Source: Capsulimonadaceae bacterium
GTDB lineage: Bacteria; Armatimonadota; Armatimonadia; Armatimonadales; Capsulimonadaceae
Direction: 5' to 3'
DNA: 64,000 bases
Assembly (NCBI GenBank): GCA_965215505.1
Contig: OZ244065.1
Span: 5,568,001 to 5,632,000, forward strand
Position 1 is the first letter of the stretch. The number at the start of each line of letters is the position of its first letter. A program made the translations under genes and the position numbers. The notes beneath the pieces were generated by a model. It was given only the letters and a program-made list of their open reading frames with translations, made no database searches and had not been told where the DNA came from. Of this stretch, positions 27,610-37,433 are shown one piece after another.

Positions 27610-28137
27610 ATGATACGAGTGGGCATTCTGGGGTTGGCCCGCCGGGAAGGCACCTTCGCCGAAGTGGGCCTGCGGTCCTGGGAGGAGGCGGGCTGCGCCT
27701 GCGTCGAGCGAGTCCTGATGGCGACGGGAGCGAGCCTTTACACCGTCCACCGCCCGCTCGTCCTCCGCAGCGCGCGTGCCGAAGTCGAGCGTACCCTGCG
27801 CGACTGGTGTGACGCCCCTAACGTATCAGCGCGGTGCGACCTGATCCTGACCGTCGGCGGGACCGGCTACTCGGGCGCGGACGTCATGCCCGAGGCCACC
27901 CAGCCGCTCCTCAAGCGCCCAGCGCCCGGCATCATCGAGGCCATGCGCCAGGCGGCCCTGGGGGCGGGCCAGACGCAGGCGTGCGTCTCGCGCGGCGTCG
28001 CCGGGATGCGCGGGCGGACCCTGCTGATCAACCTTCCCGGCGTCATCCAGGGCATGGCCGATGAGGGCAGTCTCACCCTCGCCACGCAGACACTCCTGCC
28101 TTACCTGCCCGACATACTGGCCGCAGTCATGGAGTGA
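27610..28137 (+). CDS. MogA/MoaB molybdopterin-binding family protein
   Basis: LTVGGTG, DVMPEAT, SRGVAG, INLPG. Confidence 0.85.
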   Translation: MIRVGILGLARREGTFAEVGLRSWEEAGCACVERVLMATGASLYTVHRPLVLRSARAEVERTLRDWCDAPNVSARCDLILTVGGTGYSGADVMPEATQPLLKRPAPGIIEAMRQAALGAGQTQACVSRGVAGMRGRTLLINLPGVIQGMADEGSLTLATQTLLPYLPDILAAVME

Positions 28138-28155
28138 CCTGCCGGCGAGCCTGGG

Positions 28156-28185
28156 TTGACCCTGGCTGTGGAAAAATGATATACT
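28156..28185 (+). promoter_or_regulatory. Promoter for glcEF, probably leaderless
   Basis: TTGACC - 18 bp - TATACT with TG extension; ATG 5 nt downstream. Confidence 0.6.
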
Positions 28186-28190
28186 AAGGC

Positions 28191-29411
28191 ATGAGGACGC
28201 CGCCCTACGATCTCTTCGGCCACGCCCCCGACTCGACCTGCATGCCCGAGTCCGCCGATGAGGCGCAGGAGATCGTGCGGCAGTCGGTGGGGAGGGCGAT
28301 CATCCCATGGGGCGGGGCGACACGCCGGCATCTGGGCCATCCGCCGACCCGCTATGACCTGGCCCTCTCCACGCAAAAACTCGACCGGATCACGGACTAC
28401 GCGCCCGCCGACCTGACCGTGACCGCCCAGGCCGGAGTCACGGTCGCCGCGCTGCAAGAGGCGCTGGCCGCGCAGGGGCAATTCCTGCCCCTGGACATCG
28501 CCCTTCCCGAACGGCAGACCGTCGGGGGCGTCGTCGCGACCCGCGCGAACAGCCTGCGACGGCTGGCGAACGGCAGCGTCCGCGACTCGCTGCTGGGAGT
28601 CACCGTCATCAATGGCCGGGGCGAGTGGATCAAGGGCGGCGGCAAGGTCGTCAAGAACGTCGCCGGCTATGACCTGCCCAAGCTCTACTGCGGCTCGTTC
28701 GGCACGCTGGGCTTGATTACCGAGGCGACGTTCAAAGTCGCGCCCCTGCCCCCGGCCTCGGCCACCGTCGCCCTGCCACTCGACCCGGACCACAACAGCG
28801 AAGACGTCCTGGACCATCTCCTGGCGTCCGATCTGACGCCCTCCTTCCTGTCCCTGCTCGGTCCCGACGCCGCCCGGTCCGTTCTCCCGGAGGCATCCGG
28901 GGCGCAGTATGTCGTCCTCGGCTTTGACAGCGACGGGGAAGCCGTCGCCTGGCAGATCGAGACATTGGGGGCCGCCGCGCTGCCCGAAGAGGCCGCCGCC
29001 CTTGTCCGCGCCCGCCTGCGCGACTTCGCCCTCGACGACGCCCCGATGACCGCTTCGTTCCACATTCTCTCGTCCCAGGTCGGCGCGTTCTCGCGTATGG
29101 TCGAGTGGACCGCACGCCGGACGGGATTTTCCGCCCAGGTCGCCGCCGACGCCGCCCTGGGCCTGATGACGGCGCACTTCGCGCCCGCCGGCGGGGATGC
29201 CGACTGGGGCGCCTTTTACGCCGACCTGAAGGACAAGGCCGACCGCTGCGGCGGCAGCTTCATCATCGAGCGGATGCCGGACCGCCTGCGCGCCCTCGAC
29301 ACCCCGGTCTGGTCGCCGCTCCTGGCCGACTTCGGCCTGATGGCACGCCTGAAAGACGCCTTAGACCCCGACCGGATGTGGAATCCAGGCCGGTTCGTCG
29401 GTAAACTATGA
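28191..29411 (+). CDS. glcE: FAD-binding oxidoreductase, glycolate oxidase GlcE-like
   Basis: DLTVTAQAG, GGKVVKNVAGYDLPKL, GTLGLITE, LDPDRMWNPGRF. Confidence 0.85.
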   Translation: MRTPPYDLFGHAPDSTCMPESADEAQEIVRQSVGRAIIPWGGATRRHLGHPPTRYDLALSTQKLDRITDYAPADLTVTAQAGVTVAALQEALAAQGQFLPLDIALPERQTVGGVVATRANSLRRLANGSVRDSLLGVTVINGRGEWIKGGGKVVKNVAGYDLPKLYCGSFGTLGLITEATFKVAPLPPASATVALPLDPDHNSEDVLDHLLASDLTPSFLSLLGPDAARSVLPEASGAQYVVLGFDSDGEAVAWQIETLGAAALPEEAAALVRARLRDFALDDAPMTASFHILSSQVGAFSRMVEWTARRTGFSAQVAADAALGLMTAHFAPAGGDADWGAFYADLKDKADRCGGSFIIERMPDRLRALDTPVWSPLLADFGLMARLKDALDPDRMWNPGRFVGKL

Positions 29412-30685
29412 CCAACGCCCAGCAAGACTCACACGAACAGGACCTGATGGCCTGCGTCCACTGCGGCCTCTGCCTCCCCTCCTGCCCCACCTATCTGGAA
29501 ACCGGCAGCGAGGCGGACAGCCCGCGCGGGCGGATCGTCCTGATGCGGAAGATGCACGAAGGCACCCTGTCGCCGCAGGATGCCGACGTCACCCGGCACC
29601 TCGACCTGTGCCTGGGCTGCCGCGCCTGCGAAACCGCCTGCCCCTCCGCCGTGCCTTACGGGCGTATTCTGGAGACGGCCCGCGAACGGATCAACGCGGA
29701 ACACGCTCGGCCCCGCCCGACCGATCTGTCCCGCTGGGCCTTGCTGGAGACGCTCACGCACCCGCCCCGCATGACCGCCGCGATGCGCGCCGCCCAGGCC
29801 GTGACCGGCGGCGGCGTACCGGCCCCCGCCGTGCGCCTCCTGTCTGGAGATGTTCACGCGGCGGCGCAGGCGACCACTCTGCCGGACGTGCTTTCGCCGC
29901 CGCTCCCGCCGGTCGTGACGGCCGCTGTGGGGAAGAAGCGGGCACGGGTCGGCGTCCTCGCCGGCTGCGCCATGCGCGTGCTGTTCGGCGATGTCAATGC
30001 CGACACCGTGGCCGTCCTCGCCGCCAACGGCTGTGAGGTCCTGGTGAACCGTCGGCAGGGCTGCTGCGGCGCGCTGCACGGGCACAACGGCTATGGGGAC
30101 GAGGCCAAGTCTCTGGCACGTTCGCTCATAGACGCCTTCTCGCCGTTTGATGGTCTGGACGCGGTCGTCGTCAACTCGGCAGGCTGCGGCAGCATGATGA
30201 AGGAATACGGGCACCTGCTGGCCGACGATCCTCAGTACGCCGCCCGCGCCGCCGCCTTCGCTTCTAAGGTCCGCGACGTGTGCGAGTGGCTGGACGAGGT
30301 CGGCTGGGTCGCGCCGTTCCGGGCTGCCCCGGCAGCACCCGTGACGATGACCTACCATGACGCCTGCCACCTTGCCCACGGGCAGCAGGTCCGCGAGGCA
30401 CCCCGCGCCCTGCTGGCACTCCTGCCCAATGTGACCTGGGCGCAGCTGCCCGAAAGTGAGGTCTGCTGCGGCTCGGCGGGCATCTATAATCTCACCGAGC
30501 CGACAATGGCACGGAATTTGCAGAGACGTAAACTGGAAAACATCCACGCGACCGGCGCGTCCGTCGTCGCGGCGGGCAACCCCGGCTGCCTGTCCTGGAT
30601 CGGGGCGGGCCTGAAAGAGCGCGGCCTGCCGGACATCCGCGTCGCGCACCCCGTGACACTGCTGGCCGAGTCACTGCGGACTTAA
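29408..30685 (+). CDS. glcF: Glycolate oxidase iron-sulfur subunit
   Basis: CVHCGLCLPSCPTY, CLGCRACETACP, CCG domains, YHDACHL. Confidence 0.9.
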   Translation: MTNAQQDSHEQDLMACVHCGLCLPSCPTYLETGSEADSPRGRIVLMRKMHEGTLSPQDADVTRHLDLCLGCRACETACPSAVPYGRILETARERINAEHARPRPTDLSRWALLETLTHPPRMTAAMRAAQAVTGGGVPAPAVRLLSGDVHAAAQATTLPDVLSPPLPPVVTAAVGKKRARVGVLAGCAMRVLFGDVNADTVAVLAANGCEVLVNRRQGCCGALHGHNGYGDEAKSLARSLIDAFSPFDGLDAVVVNSAGCGSMMKEYGHLLADDPQYAARAAAFASKVRDVCEWLDEVGWVAPFRAAPAAPVTMTYHDACHLAHGQQVREAPRALLALLPNVTWAQLPESEVCCGSAGIYNLTEPTMARNLQRRKLENIHATGASVVAAGNPGCLSWIGAGLKERGLPDIRVAHPVTLLAESLRT

Positions 30686-30688
30686 CTT

Positions 30689-31261
30689 ATGCTGACAAAA
30701 CACATCGAAGAACTACAACGGGACCTGCAAGCACTGGCCGCCCACGAGGCGACCTTGAACGCGCTGGCCGACGCCGTCCTGCACGCCTTCAGCCACGGCG
30801 GCAAGCTGCTCACCTGCGGCAACGGCGGGTCGGCGGCGGAGGCCGCCCATCTGGCCGAGGAGTTCACCGGGCGCTTCTACCGTGAGCGGAAGTCGCTGCC
30901 GGGGATGTGCCTGTCCATAGACGGCACACTCCTGACCTGCATCGGCAACGACTATGGGTACGACGAGATATTCGCGCGGCAGGTTCACTCCCTCGGGATG
31001 CCGGGCGACGTGCTGGCCGTCTTCACCAGCAGCGGCAACTCGGAGAACGTCGTGCGCGCCCTGACGGCGGCTCGGGAGCGCGGGCTGGTCACGGGCGCAT
31101 TCCTGGGGAAGACCGGCGGCAAGTGCAAGGGGTTGGCGGACCACGAGATGGTCGTGCAGAGCGTCAACCCAAGCGCGATGCGTATCCAGGAGTGCCACCA
31201 ACTGATGCTGCACGCCCTCTGCGAGCGCGTCGAGGTGACTCTTCTTGGCATCGAGCAGTAA
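30689..31261 (+). CDS. gmhA: Phosphoheptose isomerase (SIS domain)
   Basis: CGNGGSAAEAAH, GNDYGY, SSGNSEN, RIQECH. Confidence 0.88.
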   Translation: MLTKHIEELQRDLQALAAHEATLNALADAVLHAFSHGGKLLTCGNGGSAAEAAHLAEEFTGRFYRERKSLPGMCLSIDGTLLTCIGNDYGYDEIFARQVHSLGMPGDVLAVFTSSGNSENVVRALTAARERGLVTGAFLGKTGGKCKGLADHEMVVQSVNPSAMRIQECHQLMLHALCERVEVTLLGIEQ

Positions 31262-31276
31262 TAGACAGGAAATCCC

Positions 31277-32167
31277 ATGAGCTTCTGTGACAAACTGGCG
31301 GCGGGCGTCCCGACGCTCTCCTATGAGTTCTCGCCCCCCAAAAACCCGGCGGGGTGGGCCACTCTCTACTCGACGCTGGGCGAGATCACCCGGCAGGCAC
31401 CCGACTTCGTCTCCGTCACCTACGGCGCGGGCGGCTCCAACCGGGAGAAGACGGTGGGCCTCGTCAGCCGCATCGAGCGCGAGCTGGATATCGAGTCCGT
31501 GCCGCACCTCACCTGCGTCGGCCATTCCCAGGCGGAGATCCGCGACATCCTGACGACCCTCCAAGGGGCGGGCATCCGGCACCTGATGGCCCTGCGCGGC
31601 GACGCGCCCCAGGACGACCCGCAGTATAAGCCGCATCCGGACGGCTTCGCCCACGCCAGCGATTTGATTGAGTTCGTCAAGGCGAACTTCGACTTCCACG
31701 TCGGCTGCGCCTTCTACCCGGAGAAGCACCCCGACGCCGAACACATCGACCACGACATCCAGTGGCTCAAGTTCAAGCAGGAGTGCGGGGCTGAGTTCGC
31801 CACCTCCCAGCTTTTCTTCGACAATGACCTCTTCTACGCCTTCCGCGACAAGGCCGCACAGGCGGGCATCACCTTCCCGCTCGTCGCCGGCATCCTGCCC
31901 GTCACGTCCCTGGGCCAGCTCAAGCGCATCGGCGAACTCAGCGGCCAGGCCATCCCGAAGAAGCTGCTGGACGCTCTGGGGGAGGGGACCGAGAAGGAGA
32001 TCACGGAACGGGGCATCGAGTACGCGACGCGCCAGTGCCGCGACCTGCTGGAACAGGGCGTGGCGGGCCTGCACGTCTACACCTTCAACCGCGCCCTGTC
32101 CGCCGTGCGTATCACCAAGACCCTGCGCGCCGAAGGCTACTTCCCGGTGCAGAAGAAGCCGAAGTAG
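31277..32167 (+). CDS. metF: Methylenetetrahydrofolate reductase
   Basis: SYEFSPPK, SVTYGAGG, HLTC, ALRGD, YPEKHP, SQLFFD. Confidence 0.95.
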   Translation: MSFCDKLAAGVPTLSYEFSPPKNPAGWATLYSTLGEITRQAPDFVSVTYGAGGSNREKTVGLVSRIERELDIESVPHLTCVGHSQAEIRDILTTLQGAGIRHLMALRGDAPQDDPQYKPHPDGFAHASDLIEFVKANFDFHVGCAFYPEKHPDAEHIDHDIQWLKFKQECGAEFATSQLFFDNDLFYAFRDKAAQAGITFPLVAGILPVTSLGQLKRIGELSGQAIPKKLLDALGEGTEKEITERGIEYATRQCRDLLEQGVAGLHVYTFNRALSAVRITKTLRAEGYFPVQKKPK

Positions 32168-32196
32168 CGACCCTTCGCACCTGAAAGCCCCATCTT

Positions 32197-34584
32197 TTGA
32201 CCGAACCCATCACCTACGATGCCCAATCGTTCCTCATTGACGGCGAGCGCGTCTTCCTGACAGCAGGGGCGATCCACTATCCGCGCGTCCCGCGCGAGCT
32301 GTGGGCGGACCGCATCCAGAAGGCCAAGGCCGCCGGGCTGAACACCTTGCAGCTCTACTTCTTCTGGAACGTCCACGAGCCGGAGGAAGGCAACTTCGTC
32401 TTTGAAGGCCAGGCCGATGTCGCCGCCTTTCTGGACATGATCGCCGAGGCCGGGCTGTACATCGTCGTCCGCCCCGGCCCGTACATCTGCGCCGAGTGGG
32501 ACGGCGGCGGCTTCCCCGCCTGGCTCTACACCAAGGCCGGGCTGGAGACGCGGACGCTGAACCCGCTCTACTTGCAGGCCGTCGAGAACTACTGGAGCCG
32601 CCTGCTGCCGATCTTCGCCGAGCGGCAGATCACGCGCGGCGGCAGGATCATCCTCTGCCAGATCGAGAACGAGCTGAACCTGGGCGGCAGCCAGGGCCAC
32701 GCCCAGGAACTCTACATGGAGGCCTTGATCGGCATCGCCCGCAAGTACGGGATTGACGTGCCCCTGATCACCTGCGAGGGCCAGTTCCCCGGTGCCATCG
32801 AGTGCATCAACGCCCACCGGATCGCCGACCGCTTCGAGGACTATCGGCGGCGGCAGCCCGACAAACCCCTGCACTCCACCGAGTTCTGGACGGGCTGGTA
32901 CAATGTCTGGGATAAGCCTTACGACACCGCCCCCGCCTGGGGCGGCGGCAACCCCTTCGCCCCGGCCTTCACCGAGCGCGAGACGTGGCGCATCCTGGCG
33001 ATGGGCGGGGCGGGCTACACCTACTATATGTGGCACGGCGGGACGAACTTCGGCTATGGCGCGATGTACGGTCAGACGACTTCCTACTATAGCACCGGCC
33101 CGCTCTCCGAGACGGGGGGCTTGCAGGAGAAGTTTGGGCGGACCCGCCGCGTCGCCCTGTTCGCGCAGACGTTCAAAGACATCCTGCTGAACGCGCCGGT
33201 CTATGACCCGGCCCTGCACCGCCAAACGCTCTCCAGTGGTGTCCTGCTGCACCGGCGCGAGACGGACGGCGGCAAACTCTGGTTCCTGGAAAATAAAGGA
33301 ACGGAGCGCACGGACGTGGACCTGTCCGAGATCGCCGAGGGCCTGCCGCACCATGTCGCCGTCCCCGCCGGGACGGTCCGCCCGCTCGTCCTGGACTGGT
33401 CCGTCGGCGGCACCCCGATGGATTTCTACGCGCCCATCATCACCCAGGTTCTGGAAGCCCCGAACGAAACCATCGTCGTCGCCTACGACCCGGACAATGA
33501 CCCCAAGTTCGCCGCCACCCCCGGTGACCCGGTCCACGTCCGCCGCCACGAAACGCCCGAAGGCCGGACGCAGACGTTCCTGACGCTGACGCCCGGCCAG
33601 ATAGACCTGACCTGGTTCGGCGCGGACGGCACGGTCTATCTCGGCGCGTACTATCTGCGCGAAACGGATGACGGGCCGAAAGCCGAGCTGACGCCCGGCG
33701 CGACCGACCTGTGGAAATACGGGGGCGGGGCCTGGACGCCGCTTCACGTCCCCGACACGGCCCTGCCGGATGCGCCCATCCTGGAGAACTGGCAGAGCGC
33801 GCCCGCCGACGAGGAGGCCCAGCCTGACTACGACACGTCGGCGTGGACGGCGATGTACCAGCCGATGAACCGCGTCCACCTGGGCGACAAGTCCGGCTAC
33901 GCCTGGTATCGGACGACGCTGGATGCCGAGAGCGACGGGGAAGCGACGCTGACGCTGACCGCCCTGGCCGACCGCGCCCTGCTCTTAGTCAACGGCGCAC
34001 TCGTGGCCGTGAGCGAGGCCCCCGCCGAGGAGCGCATGGCTGACCCGTCCCTGACCGCCCGCGTCTCGCTCCAAGCGGGCGCGAACACGGTCGCCGTCCT
34101 GAGCGACGACATGGGGCACCTCAAAGGGGCCTGGCAGTTCAAGGGGCGGCGGCTGGAGGAAGACAAAAAGGGTCTGTTCGGCCCCGTCCTGCGCGACTTC
34201 AGCGGAGCCATCACGGACTGGCGTTTCCGGCCCAAGCTCTCTTGGGAGATGGCACCGGGTGAGACTGCTTGGGGACCTTTGGAGGATGCCGCGCGCCCGC
34301 TGCGCCTCTTCCGCGCTTCGTTCGCGCTGCCGATGGACGAGATGGGCGTGCCGGATCGGGAGGTCATCGCCCACCTGGACTGCATGGGCAAGGGCGTACT
34401 GTACGTCAACGGGATCAACCTGGGCCGCTACTGGGCGATCAACGGCCACACGCGCTACTACGTCCCCAAGTGCTGGCTGCGGGAACACAACGAGCTGGTG
34501 CTGTTCGAGGAGACGGACGCCGCACCGGACGGCGTCCGTCTGGCCTGGGACAGCCTCTCAGTCGGCGCGCTCGTGTCCTTGTAG
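32197..34584 (+). CDS. Beta-galactosidase, GH35
   Basis: IHYPR, WNVHEP, RPGPYICAEWDGGGFP, QIENE, YMWHGGTNFG, GKGVLYVNG.NLGRYW. Confidence 0.93.
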   Translation: MTEPITYDAQSFLIDGERVFLTAGAIHYPRVPRELWADRIQKAKAAGLNTLQLYFFWNVHEPEEGNFVFEGQADVAAFLDMIAEAGLYIVVRPGPYICAEWDGGGFPAWLYTKAGLETRTLNPLYLQAVENYWSRLLPIFAERQITRGGRIILCQIENELNLGGSQGHAQELYMEALIGIARKYGIDVPLITCEGQFPGAIECINAHRIADRFEDYRRRQPDKPLHSTEFWTGWYNVWDKPYDTAPAWGGGNPFAPAFTERETWRILAMGGAGYTYYMWHGGTNFGYGAMYGQTTSYYSTGPLSETGGLQEKFGRTRRVALFAQTFKDILLNAPVYDPALHRQTLSSGVLLHRRETDGGKLWFLENKGTERTDVDLSEIAEGLPHHVAVPAGTVRPLVLDWSVGGTPMDFYAPIITQVLEAPNETIVVAYDPDNDPKFAATPGDPVHVRRHETPEGRTQTFLTLTPGQIDLTWFGADGTVYLGAYYLRETDDGPKAELTPGATDLWKYGGGAWTPLHVPDTALPDAPILENWQSAPADEEAQPDYDTSAWTAMYQPMNRVHLGDKSGYAWYRTTLDAESDGEATLTLTALADRALLLVNGALVAVSEAPAEERMADPSLTARVSLQAGANTVAVLSDDMGHLKGAWQFKGRRLEEDKKGLFGPVLRDFSGAITDWRFRPKLSWEMAPGETAWGPLEDAARPLRLFRASFALPMDEMGVPDREVIAHLDCMGKGVLYVNGINLGRYWAINGHTRYYVPKCWLREHNELVLFEETDAAPDGVRLAWDSLSVGALVSL

Positions 34585-34604
34585 GGGCGCGATTCATCGC
34601 GCCC
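34581..34604 (+). repeat. GTAG-type REP element
   Basis: GTAGGGGCGCGATTCATCGCGCCC; identical copy at 55775, one mismatch at 61908. Confidence 0.85.
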
Positions 34605-34634
34605 TCCTTGTCAAGCGCGCCCTCCCCTTCGATA

Positions 34635-35666
34635 TCACACAGCTACCTTCTGCCCCGTCCGCGCGCTGGCCGCAACGGCGTCCAGGGCGCGCATGTTGTT
34701 CAGGCCGTCTTCGGCGGTCAATAGGAAAACATCATCGCCGAGGATGCGGCGCGACATCGCCTCCACCTCGGAGACGTACATGCTCCCTGCCTGAGACCGG
34801 CGCTCCTCGTCCTGCCCGCCTCGCGACAGGCAGTAATCGCCCGCTTCGGCGTGGTCCCCCTGTGCCTGGCCCCCGAGCAGGAAGTTCGGTACGATGACTG
34901 AGGCCTCACTGCCCACGATCTCGTAGGTCGCCCGGAAGGACAGCGAGAACGAGCAGTCAATCAGAGCGATGCCCCCCCCGTCGAACTCCATGAGCGCCGT
35001 CGTCGTCGTGTCAATCCCCGTCTGCGGGTCGTACAGCGATTTGGCCGTCACGGCCGTCGGCTCCCGCGCGAACACGCGCCGGGCGATGTGGATGCAGTAA
35101 CACCCGACATCGAACAGTGCCCCGCCGCCCATGCTGGGGTCGCGCCTATAATCGTCCTCGTCGGTCTGCACGAACGAGAAGGAGGCCCGCACCAGGCGCG
35201 GGTCGCCCAAATCGCCGCCGCGCACTAGGCCCGCTACCTCTTGCTGCAAAGGGTGATACCGGTACATGAACGCTTCGGACAGCACGACCCCGTTGTCTTG
35301 CGCCGTCTCGACCATCTCCTCCGCCTGTTGTGCGTTCAAGGCCAGCGGCTTCTCGCACAGGACGTGCTTGCCGTTGTTCATCGCCTCGACGGCCCAGCCC
35401 AGGTGCAGGTTGTTCGGCAGGGGCAGATAGACCGCGTCCACCCGGTCGTCGGCGATCAGCGAGTCGTAATCCCCATACGCCGCCACGTCCGGCCCGGCCA
35501 GTGCCGCGATCTCCCGCGCGCTGTCCCGGCTGCGCGAGGCGACGGCGGCGAGTTCCGCGTGTTCGCTGGTCAGGATAGCGGGGATCAGCGCGTTCTTGGC
35601 GATGCGCGCCGTCGCCCCGATGACCCCCCACCGGACTTTCCGTGTGTCCCCTTGCGTGTCCGCCAT
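34635..35666 (-). CDS. Gfo/Idh/MocA oxidoreductase
   Basis: WGVIG, AVYLPLPNNLH, HVLCEKP, GGGALFDVGCY. Confidence 0.93.
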   Translation of the reverse strand: MADTQGDTRKVRWGVIGATARIAKNALIPAILTSEHAELAAVASRSRDSAREIAALAGPDVAAYGDYDSLIADDRVDAVYLPLPNNLHLGWAVEAMNNGKHVLCEKPLALNAQQAEEMVETAQDNGVVLSEAFMYRYHPLQQEVAGLVRGGDLGDPRLVRASFSFVQTDEDDYRRDPSMGGGALFDVGCYCIHIARRVFAREPTAVTAKSLYDPQTGIDTTTTALMEFDGGGIALIDCSFSLSFRATYEIVGSEASVIVPNFLLGGQAQGDHAEAGDYCLSRGGQDEERRSQAGSMYVSEVEAMSRRILGDDVFLLTAEDGLNNMRALDAVAASARTGQKVAV

Positions 35667-35729
35667 GTCTGCTCCTTACTGTTCGCTCTTATGCAGGACT
35701 TTCCGCCCGTTCAGGCGTATCTTACCCCC

Positions 35730-37433
35730 GTGAACGCCCGAATTATACCCACCCTCGCCGCCGCGTGTCTTCTGCTCACCGGCTGCCGCCACGACACCGA
35801 CTCGGCGCCCGCTCCGGCCCCACTGCCGGCTGATCAGGCCACCGCCGCGAACGCCCTGTTCCTGAACCAGAGGACCTTCGACCCGTGGGTGCTGACAACC
35901 ACGGACCAGAACCGCCTTGTTGACCCCTACCTGAGCGACGGCCGCATCGGCAGCCAGTTCACGGCCTCCGGCCACAACGGTACGACATATGCGGCAGGTG
36001 ATTATAAAGACGGACAGCTCGCAGCACATCCGCCACTGATTGTGGGAACGCTGAGTCCTGGGCTGCGATTCCAGCAGGCTTTGAATCTGCAATCAGGACA
36101 GTTATTCCTAAGCATGCAGGGAACACAGGTTGCTTCCCCCACGCCTGAAGATAAGCTGCATCTTCACCCCGCCGAGTGGCCCCGCCTCTGGCAGACCTCC
36201 GACATCGTCATCACGGGCGACCCGGAGGCGCAGCAGGTGACGCATGCCAACCTGTTCTATCTGCTCTCCTCCACCTACCCCGGCTCCGACCACTCCATCC
36301 CGCCGATGGGCCTGTCATCCAACATCTATGGGGGCCATATCTTCTGGGACGCGGAGGTCTGGATGATGCCCGCGCTCATCGTCCAGCACCCCGACTATGC
36401 TAGGTCAATCATCGCCTATCGGTTCAAGCTGCTGGGGCAGGCCAAGAAGAACGCCAAGATGCACGGCTTCGCCGGGGCCGAGTACCCCTGGGAGAGCGCG
36501 GACACGGGCGCGGAGATGGTCGGCGGGGAGTTCACCAAGGAGCGGCACATCACCGCGGATGTCGGCTGGGCCGCCTGGCAGTATTACCTGTGGACGGGTG
36601 ACAAAGCGTACCTGCGAAGCGAGGGATGGCCGGTTCTACAGGCGACGGCGCAGTACTGGGTTTCACGCGTGACGAAGGGCGCAGAAGGCAAGTACCACGT
36701 TAAAGGCGTCCTGTCCCCCGACGAGACGGCGGGCGTGGTGGACGACGACGCCTGGACGAATGCCGTCGTGCAGGCGAACCTCCGGGCGGCATCGCGGGCG
36801 GCGGCGGCTATGGGGCAGCCCGCCGACCCGCGCTGGAAGACGGTCGCGGACGGGATGTTCTTCCCCTTCGACAAGCCGCGCGGCATCCCCGCCGAGAACG
36901 ATGCGCCGCTGACGGACCGCTTCGCCGCCAAACAGGCCGACACGCTGCTGCTGGTCCATCCCTTGAATGTCCCGTTCGACCCGCAGACGGAAGGCAAGAT
37001 GCTGGACTTCTACACGGCCCACACCATCAAGAACGGTCCCGCCATGACGGCCAGCATCCACGCCGTCGTCGCCGCCCGGCTCGGGCGTGGCAAGGATAGC
37101 CTGGACCTGTTCCACGACTCCTACAGGCCGTTCATGCGCGGGCCGTGGGACGCCTTCGCGGAGAAGCGGACCTCGAACCGAGTTTACTTCTGCACCGGGA
37201 TGGGCGGCTGCCTCCAGAGTGTCCTGTACGGCTTCGCAGGCCTGCAAGTCGTCGAGCCGGGCCAGAAGGCGGCGGGGACGAAGATCGCGGGGGACGGCGA
37301 GGCGTCCCTGCACGCCGATCCGCACCTGCCGCCGGGGTGGGGCGGGCTGACCGTCAAGGGAATACAGTTCCGGGGCAGGACGCTCGACCTGAGCGTGATG
37401 TCGGGGAACAAGGTCACGGCGACGGCCAGATGA
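35730..37433 (+). CDS. GH65-family glycoside hydrolase, predicted lipoprotein
   Basis: Lipobox LLTGC; YGGHIFWDAE, YPWES, HITAD, PDE, KQAD, GGCLQ; GTG start inferred. Confidence 0.88.
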   Translation: MNARIIPTLAAACLLLTGCRHDTDSAPAPAPLPADQATAANALFLNQRTFDPWVLTTTDQNRLVDPYLSDGRIGSQFTASGHNGTTYAAGDYKDGQLAAHPPLIVGTLSPGLRFQQALNLQSGQLFLSMQGTQVASPTPEDKLHLHPAEWPRLWQTSDIVITGDPEAQQVTHANLFYLLSSTYPGSDHSIPPMGLSSNIYGGHIFWDAEVWMMPALIVQHPDYARSIIAYRFKLLGQAKKNAKMHGFAGAEYPWESADTGAEMVGGEFTKERHITADVGWAAWQYYLWTGDKAYLRSEGWPVLQATAQYWVSRVTKGAEGKYHVKGVLSPDETAGVVDDDAWTNAVVQANLRAASRAAAAMGQPADPRWKTVADGMFFPFDKPRGIPAENDAPLTDRFAAKQADTLLLVHPLNVPFDPQTEGKMLDFYTAHTIKNGPAMTASIHAVVAARLGRGKDSLDLFHDSYRPFMRGPWDAFAEKRTSNRVYFCTGMGGCLQSVLYGFAGLQVVEPGQKAAGTKIAGDGEASLHADPHLPPGWGGLTVKGIQFRGRTLDLSVMSGNKVTATAR

